From: Sarea resinae | Taxonomy: Eukaryota | DNA length: 22,143 bases | Assembly: GCA_026026165.1 (NCBI GenBank) | Contig: JAPEUD010000027.1 | Location: 248,001-270,143 of the forward strand | Direction: 5' to 3' | In this document: piece by piece, positions 10,488 through 18,548 of the stretch | How the letters are laid out: each line of letters begins with the position of its first letter | How positions within the stretch are numbered: the stretch's first letter is position 1 | Notes under the pieces: generated by a model | The model's input: only the letters and a program-made list of their open reading frames with translations | Told to the model about the DNA's origin: nothing | Databases searched by the model: none | Program-made: the position numbers and the translations under genes

Positions 10488-11854
10488 ATGGTTTCGGGAG
10501 CAGAAGTCCTGGGGGAACAATCCCTGGGTTCGAATAAGGCGCAGGAACGGGAGCAGGAGAGCGGCTCGGGCCAGAGCAAGGGGAACCAGGAACGCAGCAA
10601 TAACAACAACAAAAACAACAAATCTCAAGCTCCCACCCTCGACGTCGGCGCTCGAGGAGGTAAAGGAGGGAAGAGGGGACGGCAAGGACGAGGAGGCCGC
10701 GACCCACTACCGCGGGACGTACAGGTTTCTAAAGCCATGAGTCGGATCCTGCGGCACGATGCTGTCAAGGAAGGTCTGAGGATCGACGAGGGCGGCTGGG
10801 TCGGCGTTGCAGATTTGGTATGTATAGATGTTGTGTCTGTGTTTGTTTGTGTTTAGAGTCCGAAGACTTCGTGTTTCGTGTTATGCACATCAACTTTTGA
10901 CTCTATAGTGATGAATGCGTATGCATATATATATCTATACCTAGAAGGGTTGCAGCATCCTTTTTTTCTCTTTTTCTCTTGTTCTCTTTCTTTCTTTCTT
11001 TCCCTATCTACTCACTGCACCAAGGCTAATACACGGTATATGACGCGCAATCACAACAGCTTGCATGCAATCGACTGAAACAGCTGAAAGTGACATTCGA
11101 AGAGCTCAAGGCCATCGTCGCGGACAACGATAAACAGCGCTTCGCAATGGTGCCTATAGTCGCGAGAAGCCCATCTGCTGCCTCCGTCCCCTCATCCGGC
11201 TCCGCCTCCGCCAGTACTTCGACACCCCTATCAGCAGCAACATTGACAGACCCGAATTCCCCATCATCATATCTGATCCGCGCATCCCAGGGTCACTCAC
11301 TCGCTCTCGAGTCATCGGCCCTACTGACGCCTATCACGCTTGAAAATGCTGCTGATTTGTGCATCCACGGCACGACGACCGCAGCATGGCCCTTGATTCT
11401 CCACTCAGGCGGTCTTTCGCGCATGAAACGAACACACATCCACTTCGCCAGCGGACTTCCTTCAACCAAACCCCCTAAATCATCTGCAGCAGCATCAATG
11501 GCATCAGCAACAACGCAAGTAGACCTTCCCCTCGTCGCCACCACCATCACCAACGCCGACATCCCTAACTCTCCGATCGCTACGACGGATAGCAATTCTA
11601 CGCCCACCTCCGCCGCTCCCGTAATATCTGGCATGCGCCTCTCCTCCCAAATCCACATCTATGTCTCCCTGCGCCGCGCACTGTCCAGCGGTCTCAAGTT
11701 CTGGCGCAGCGAGAACGGCGTCCTGCTGACCGAGGGCGATGAAACGGGTATGCTGCCCCTAGAATTCTTCGACAAAGTGGTTGATGTGAGGAAGAATGGC
11801 GTTGGGGTGTTGTGGGAGAAGGGCAAAGGGGAGGTAGCGAGGTTGAGTAGATGA
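10488..11854 (+). CDS. TPT1: tRNA 2'-phosphotransferase (Tpt1/KptA family), 2 exons, ~374 aa
   Basis: Exons 10488-10817 and 11060-11854 (GTATGT...GCTAAT...CAG). Motifs: SKAMSRILRH, DNDKQRF, IRASQGHS, IHGT, GLSRMKRTHIHFA, SGMR, FWRSENGVLLTEG. Confidence 0.94.
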
Positions 11855-12547
11855 CAGAGCTAGATACATTGCTCTCTGCTGTGCTGTGCTATACAGTGTG
11901 CCGCCACTTCCTCTTGCAATTCCTCTTCTTGGTATTCGTAGGCAAATCAGCGAGTAGCTAAGCCTTGATCTGCACCCGCAAAGGTCTTGAAGTGGTTGCA
12001 TAGTGTTCGCTGCCATGGACTAGGTTGCTCGCCATGGCGATGAGACCAGAGCAGCAATGCTCCATGCTTCGGCCACGGTAATGATCATCAGTATATTCGG
12101 CGCTGATTTATGCGTAGTGTCACCATGACAAGCCTTCTAAATTACTCTGCTGGTAAAGTTGATGATAATCACTGCGAAAGTTACCCTTTCGGGTTCGCGT
12201 GGAGTGCTGAGGTAAGGTGCAGGTAGCAGGTAGCAGGTAGCTCGCCGGCCTTAACGATCCAATGCAATCCGATGGGTCCTGGTGATACCCTCTCTACCGG
12301 CATACGTAACGACGGCCTGCCCAACCGCGCACTGAGATTCCCGTCCACACCTCGCCTTCCTTTGGAGTAGAGTAGGACATCTACGATGAGCTACTCGTCC
12401 TTGAAGAGCCGCCAGATCTGAATTCCATGATTGCTGAGTCTCGATTGCAAGCCCGAGTTCAAAGAGCACGACCTGTCGAGGCAATAGCCATTCACCCTGT
12501 CCTCGCATTTCGAAGAGACAGTGGCACCTCTCCACCAGCCAGGCAAG

Positions 12548-13357
12548 ATGACCTCGTCCACCGGTTCGGGCTGGGCGCAGCTACGACAGCAAGCTCGCTC
12601 GTTGGAAACACAAGTATGGAATTCATGATCCAAAGTCACACTGCCAAATATCCCTAATACCATCTCTAGACAGAGACCTTGTTCCACACGTACTCGCAGT
12701 TCGCGTCGCTATCCAACGTACCTCCGAAGCCCACGGAAGAAGAACTGCGAGTGGAAGCAGAACTGAAGGATATACTCGAGCGGGTCAGTCCTTCAGGCTC
12801 AAGGCCTCCAGCTCCATCGCTGGCTCTTTGGGGGTAATGCTAACAGTCCTCAGCGAGAAGCGCTCATCGCCCAACTCTCCCGACTTCTTGATTCCGAAAG
12901 CGCCCTCACGTCATCCGCTCTAAAACAGAACAACCTCTCTCGCCATCGCGAAATCCTTCAGGACCACCGCCGCGAGCTCAGCCGGCTCAAGGCCACCCTC
13001 ACGGATGGCCGCAATCGGGCGAACCTCCTCTCCAATGTCCGCTCGGATATCGACGCCTACCGTTCTTCTAACCCTTCTGCCGCCGAGGCGGACTACATGC
13101 TCGACGAGAGACGACGGATCGATAATAGTCACAGCATGGCCGATAGTGTTCTAAGCCAAGCCTACGCGGTCAATGAGAGCTTCGGATTCCAAAGGGAAAC
13201 GCTAGGGAACATCAATAGAAAGATTGTCGGCGCTGCTAGCCAGATCCCGGGCATCAATAGTCTGATTGGGCGGATTGGGGCGAAGAGACGAAGAGACGGA
13301 ATCATCTTGGGGGTGTTCATCGCGTTTTGCTTTCTGATGCTGCTGTTTTTCCGGTGA
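12548..13357 (+). CDS. GOS1: Golgi SNARE Gos1, 3 exons, 227 aa
   Basis: Exons 12548-12613, 12670-12783 and 12854-13357 (only the 3' end appears in the ORF track). Motifs: WAQLRQQARSLETQTETLFHTYSQF, RHREILQDHRREL, SNARE coil, and C-terminal TM KRRRDGIILGVFIAFCFLMLLFFR. Confidence 0.95.
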
Positions 13358-13514
13358 TACCTTGGCCAAACCTTGCACGGTCTTGACGTTGTCCGAACGC
13401 CGCTATGAGCGCACTAGCTTCTGAAATGCTTTGATGGAGGCGTTGATGGCGCTGGGTATATTGCGTATAGTATTGTACAGTGTTTCAATGCCACTATTTC
13501 CCTCCCTATCTTCA

Positions 13515-14654
13515 TCAGGCCGCTGCCGCAGCCTTGCCCTTTGGTTCTTCCGTGCCTGTTTTCTCCGCCGCTTCGATGATAGCCTCCTTCTTCCCTTGCC
13601 ATTCCTCCAATAGCCGCCGCACACCTCTCACCAGGCTTTCTTTCTCCTGATCCTCTGCGACCCCGCTTCCGGCCCATCGAATCCTACAGCCGCCGTCAAG
13701 AAGGTACACGAAACCGACTTTCGAGTTGAGCACTCCAATAGACTCCCGGATCTCATCGCTCAGCCCCCTCCTGACCAAGAAATACTTGCCATGTGCATCC
13801 GCCGGTAACTGCCTCCGTATACTCGGCATGAACAACCGTATCAGCCCGGCCTTGAGCGCGTTCTCCTCGACATTGATATTCACAAACTGTGCCACGTCCG
13901 CCGCCCCCGCCGCCTTGTTCCCCATCCCCTTGAGCGCTTCGTGCAACGCGGGGTTCTCCTTTGCGCCCACAAACGACTTGGTCTGCCGCTCGGCCCACGT
14001 GCCCGAGAAGATGCTGACGATCGAGATGCGGTCCTCGAGCACGGGCGTCGTGTCGTGGGGTTTCTTGGGCGCGGCGAGCGTGGTGCCCTGCAGGTTGGGG
14101 AAGTACAAGGCCCGGTCCGCGCGGAAGAGCTTCGGGTTCGCGAAGAAGGTTTTGCCCTTGTAGTGCCGCATGTTGGTCCATTCGCGGAAATACGGTTTGG
14201 CGACCTGCTTGGTCCTGTCGCGAGAGAAAGACAGAGAGAGAGTGAGCACGGGATCTATTTAGTCTCGGGGGGGGGGGAATGCAAAAGAAATTGGGCTGGG
14301 CGCAGAGGCTCATCTCCTCTCATCTCTTACGTACAGTTGTTTCCGCCGCTCCAGATGCTTGTCGTAGTTCAGGAAGTCATCGCGCCGCTGTCGCCACGAG
14401 CGAGGATCCACGCCCGAGTTCTCGCCCGGCTGCGGAGGGTGCGCGAAGCCGATCGGGCGGCCGAGCGGCGCCGGCACGAAGCTGTCCTCGTTCTGGTCGT
14501 TCGATTGCGGTGGAGGAGAGCTGGGGGGGTTGTTCTTCGCCGCGCTGCGCCGGGACGATGTACGGAGCGTTCGGATCTGGCAGAGCATGCACGGCGCTGC
14601 AGAGGCGCGAGACAGCGCCGATCGCGCGTGGAATGGCCGCATGCGTTCGAGCAT
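13515..14654 (-). CDS. ATP10: Mitochondrial Fo assembly factor Atp10, 2 exons, ~339 aa
   Basis: Exons 14654-14335 and 14214-13515 (GTACGT...CAG). Arg-rich presequence; motifs [64 protein letters not shown]. Confidence 0.94.
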
Positions 14655-15351
14655 CTTTCGAACGGTTGAGGTTGCGGTGGAGAAGGGGTTGCGCGGGTGG
14701 TTGTTGTTGTTGCTGCTGATGCTGGAATTTGAAAGCGCGGACGATGGAAGTTTGGTTGTTGCTCGTTTTTTCGGGAGTGCTTGTCCACTTGTTTTGTTTT
14801 ATGCTATCACGCACCCACACTCACTGGTTAAAGCACTAGCATTCAGACTGGATGTTATAATTCTCGACGATCTATCACAGCCATTCGAGCTTCTGGAAAG
14901 AAATCTCATTAATCCTCTGAAAGCGCGCTACAGCCTGTTCAACTTTGAAGGCGAAGTGATTGTCCTGCTATTAGGTCATCTCAAGGAAGCTTAGTAAGTA
15001 CTAGTATTGAAAGTATCAAGTATGGAATTGTAGATAGATGGCTGCAAAACTGGATCCATTCCAGTATATTGTAGCAAGAATCAAAGGTACCAGTAGGCTA
15101 CACTATGAGAGGGTCTGTTACGATTGTCCTCACAGTACCTTATCGAATAGCTGTGTTAGCTGTGTTGTAAATCTCTCAGCTAGAGTCCAGTGCTGTCGAC
15201 AAGTGAGTGTGGGCGGCACGCGACAGAACAAGGGGGCAAATCTCGGTCTTGAGAAGGAGAGAGAACCAGAAAGCGAAGGGTTGGGATATAGAATAGTGGT
15301 TAAGACATGGAGGGAGAGTAGAAGATGAGAAAAGGGAAGTAGAGGTAGTCG

Positions 15352-15381
15352 TGCATCTGCATCTGCATCTGCATCTGCATC
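15352..15381. repeat. (TGCATC)5 hexanucleotide microsatellite
   Basis: Five perfect units, 3' of the deaminase gene. Confidence 0.92.
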
Positions 15382-15537
15382 TGTATAGATCGACACATAC
15401 AGCTTCATCCTGCTTTGTAGGAAACGGCATCCCGCCGTGTAGCACGATCGGATGCTGTCTTTTGCCTTGCAGTCCTTCCCGGGAGGAGAATAGAATACTC
15501 AAGTCTCTCGAGGCTTGGAAGAAGGGAGCTTGCAGCT

Positions 15538-16065
15538 TCACTCGTGTTTTGTATGGCCGGCCGTCGCAACCTCCAGTATCTCCCCTTCCAATCCCTCCAC
15601 CAGCACACATTCAATTCCAGCCTCTTCCAACTTCGTTCTCCCGGCATTCTCTCCCACGAAGGTTTCGGGCTCTCTCACGCCGCTATAAACCTTTTCTATG
15701 CCCGATCCTTCTCCAGCGCGCGTGGTCCTCAATATCCTCTCTACGCACGGCACGTTCTCGCTCAGCCTCTTCGCACATGGCTCCATCGTCGTGTACAACA
15801 CGGCGTGCTTGGGTAGGACCTCACCAATCCGCTCTTCCGGAACCTGGTGCCGGGCGGCGAATTTCATGAAACAGCATTGCTCGGCGTGCGTGTTGCCCGG
15901 AAGTTCCTGCGTGTAGCCCGTACTGAGGATGGTGTTCGTGGCGGACGATACCAGGACGGCGCCGACGCAGAAGTTGGTCGGTTTGGGGGGAGACTGTGCG
16001 GCGAGGGCGAGAGCGTAGCGCATGTAGGCTCGGTGGTCGTCGGCGGCGATTGAAGGTACAGACAT
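15538..16065 (-). CDS. Stand-alone zinc-dependent deaminase (cytidine deaminase fold), DRAP-deaminase/Rib2 C-terminal-domain-like, 175 aa
   Basis: Motifs NFCVGAVLV, GYTQELPGNTHAEQC (HxE) and TMEPCAKRLSENVPC (PC...C), plus GVREP. The riboflavin-pathway role is inferred from family resemblance. Confidence 0.85.
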   Translation of the reverse strand: MSVPSIAADDHRAYMRYALALAAQSPPKPTNFCVGAVLVSSATNTILSTGYTQELPGNTHAEQCCFMKFAARHQVPEERIGEVLPKHAVLYTTMEPCAKRLSENVPCVERILRTTRAGEGSGIEKVYSGVREPETFVGENAGRTKLEEAGIECVLVEGLEGEILEVATAGHTKHE

Positions 16066-16335
16066 GGTGGGAGAGCACGAGAAGGGAATGGAGGAATGGT
16101 AAGGGACGAAGCGGAAGACAGCCCTAGGCTTGGTGATATGGGAATAGTGGGATGTGGGGTGGCAGTGGGTGGCTGCCGAGATGTTGATCCAATCTGTAGC
16201 TCAGGCCGTCTACAGTGTATTCGTACAGTGCATTTCGTACAAGCACCTTCAACCTCCAACCAACAAATCCCAGTTCGAGAGGCCATTGGCATCGTCTGTA
16301 CACCTCCTCGAGACGATTCATGTTGGTCGCTCTCG

Positions 16336-17565
16336 ATGCTCGGTGAAGACCTCCCACTCTTGGAGCTACAGCCGGAAACGCAGCTCCAGTACGTCGCTGA
16401 AGGGGCGGCAAACGTTGTTTATCGATGCAGCATCCCCACTCCCAACGGCAGCAGTAGCGGCAGCATCGTCAGCAGTATCGCAGCACCGTCTCAAACACCA
16501 AAAGGACTACCAAGATCAACCAGAGGCTTTCTACTTCGCCTCCGTAAAGCTCTCCCTACTACCGTCCCTGTCCGAGCCTCATATACCCGCTTCACAAGTC
16601 TCATAGCGCCTCTGTTCGCCCCGGATCATCTCATCCCACAGACCCTTGTCAAACTTCCTTCATCAGTCATTGAGACAGGCGATGAGTGCCTTCGCAGTGC
16701 CGAGCAGGATGGACTCAGGCCTCATGAACGACGGGGACTTTACCTCGCTCCGGAGGAACATGGCCTGCTGGTCAAAGATATGACGGCCGATTCCGTTTAT
16801 GGGCATGATGCGCAAGGGAAGCGCAGGGGCCAAGGGGGTGTAGTAACGATAGAATTCAAACCGAAATGGCTGGCGCAATCACCGAACGCACCTCTGGACG
16901 CAAGACGGTGTAGGACATGTGCATTGCGAGCGATGAAGGGCGGAGATGCTGTTGGAAGGGGGCTGTGTCCGCTAGATCTTGTGTCTGGAGATAGAGAAAG
17001 AGTGCGGAGGGCAGTTGGAATTATATTGGCGAAAGAGAAGCGGCTGAGACAAACAGATATCTCGACCGAGAGTCCACTGCTCCTCCGCGATCGCCTTGTC
17101 GATTTCTTCCTGGACGAGAGCTCGGTCTTGCATCGTCTTCGGAAACTACAGACACGCTACGATCCAGACGGTGTTCTCTCCGTTGCCTTATTCACCTCCG
17201 CCAGCAGCACAGACACAAAAATGCCGCCGATCCCTCCTGTCACTCCCCCTTCTTCTTCTCCTTCTTATTCTTTCCCGTCCGAGAGTTTTCTCGTCGCTAC
17301 AACTCTACGAGACTGCACGCTTTTCCTGCGCATCCCCCTTTCCCCTATTACCCCAACATCCACATCACGGGACATCGAGGCCCGCCTTGGCGACTTAGAC
17401 CTCAAGTCGCCGTCGCACGGAAAGGCAGAGTACTGGGCGCGTATTGAACGACGCCTCATCGACGAAGGTTGGTATACTGGTACAGAATCGATGGCGGCAA
17501 ACCAACCAGAACCACTCGAGACGCAGGAGAACAGGCATGAGGGACGAAGGTGGTGTTTGGGGTGA
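16336..17565 (+). CDS. IPK1: Inositol-pentakisphosphate 2-kinase, ~409 aa
   Basis: Motifs YVAEGAANVVY, LLRLRK, IEFKPKWLAQSP, CRTCA, CPLDL, TLRDCTLF, DLDLK. The start is placed at ATG 16336, just before the first conserved motif; the frame is open back to 16096. Confidence 0.9.
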   Translation: MLGEDLPLLELQPETQLQYVAEGAANVVYRCSIPTPNGSSSGSIVSSIAAPSQTPKGLPRSTRGFLLRLRKALPTTVPVRASYTRFTSLIAPLFAPDHLIPQTLVKLPSSVIETGDECLRSAEQDGLRPHERRGLYLAPEEHGLLVKDMTADSVYGHDAQGKRRGQGGVVTIEFKPKWLAQSPNAPLDARRCRTCALRAMKGGDAVGRGLCPLDLVSGDRERVRRAVGIILAKEKRLRQTDISTESPLLLRDRLVDFFLDESSVLHRLRKLQTRYDPDGVLSVALFTSASSTDTKMPPIPPVTPPSSSPSYSFPSESFLVATTLRDCTLFLRIPLSPITPTSTSRDIEARLGDLDLKSPSHGKAEYWARIERRLIDEGWYTGTESMAANQPEPLETQENRHEGRRWCLG

Positions 17566-18548
17566 AGAAAGAAAACATCATTACTGTCGGGAGAATGATC
17601 CAGCCTCCCCTGTTCTCCACAGCACAGTTCTTCTAGACATAGGTCGCGTGTCCATATCGCCTGCTCCTCTTGAGAATTTACGGAATCCTCGACTTTCGAT
17701 CCTACCTCTACTGCATTGGAGCAGGCAGCTCGGCCGAAACCCCGCGACGGCGGAGGGGAAAAGACACCTCACACGTTACTATACCGAGTCCCGCAGGCCC
17801 TCGCAACAGATATACACCCCCAACACTTCTACCACTACTACGACGAACCAGTCGCCCGCTCCAGCGAATCCGATCCTCCACCCCGCCTCAACCCGTCCTT
17901 CCCCGCCTGACTTCGACTCGACCAAGCAGGCAGATCAACCGAATATCTTTCAGACTCAACTAATACGCTCGCTACCCACGAAAGAAACCTTCGGTCTGTC
18001 CGCCCATGGATCGGGCGTTTTCTCTCCGTGGAGCCGCCGCGGACGGAAGTCTAGCACGCCGAGGAGCGTCTGCTGCTTGTGGGTAGTTATCACGCATGAA
18101 CGCACGCACGCACGTACTGGCGAATGGCAGAGGGGGTGGGTGGGGGGGCTAAAAGGTGGGAAATTTGGCATGCCGGTCAGGATACTGTTAGCAGCGGTCT
18201 GGGAATGGGTGAGATCGGTCGGGGTTGAGGGGTTGATTAGGGGGGGGTAACTATACTAGGGGGTTTTCGAAGGACGTGGGGAAAAGGACGGGAAAGAAAA
18301 GAGAAGAGATAAGCAATACGTTCTTTGTATGCATCGATGCCTGCATGCATGCACGTCTGCACAAGAGATATAGTCTGAGACGGAGGCCGTGCGAGTTTGA
18401 AGGGCATATATGTATCCATATATATACTTTTCTTATCCATGTACCTATCTATGTACTTGATCTGCTACCTATATCAACAGCTGCGTAGGACATCCATATC
18501 CCTGTACGCCCACACGTCCACAACGTTGGATTCGCGTAGGTAAAGGGA

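Noticed and set aside
10908..11059. Intronic C/D snoRNA in the long TPT1 intron (GTGATGA)
   Set aside because: No downstream box D CTGA lies within the intron.
12159..12210. Box C (TGATGA)...box D (CTGA) snoRNA candidate
   Set aside because: Only ~50 nt long, with no terminal stem or recognisable rRNA antisense element.
16096..16335. 80-aa N-terminal extension of IPK1 given by the ORF track
   Set aside because: It begins 31 nt from the divergent deaminase ATG, overlaps that gene's leader and has no Ipk1-like content. ATG 16336 fits better.
18036..18056. SRP helix-8-like GAC-GGAA-GTC-TAGCA, or RNase P CR-I-like GGAAGTCT
   Set aside because: It lacks the CAGG side of the SRP symmetric loop, and no RNase P CR-V partner is found.
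17444..18250. 268-aa + strand ORF
   Set aside because: Non-ATG start, overlaps IPK1 out of frame, low-complexity UTR-like translation with no motif.
18221..18250. Telomere repeat or telomerase template-like sequence
   Set aside because: No tandem TTAGGG and no TAACCCTAA template; only G runs.
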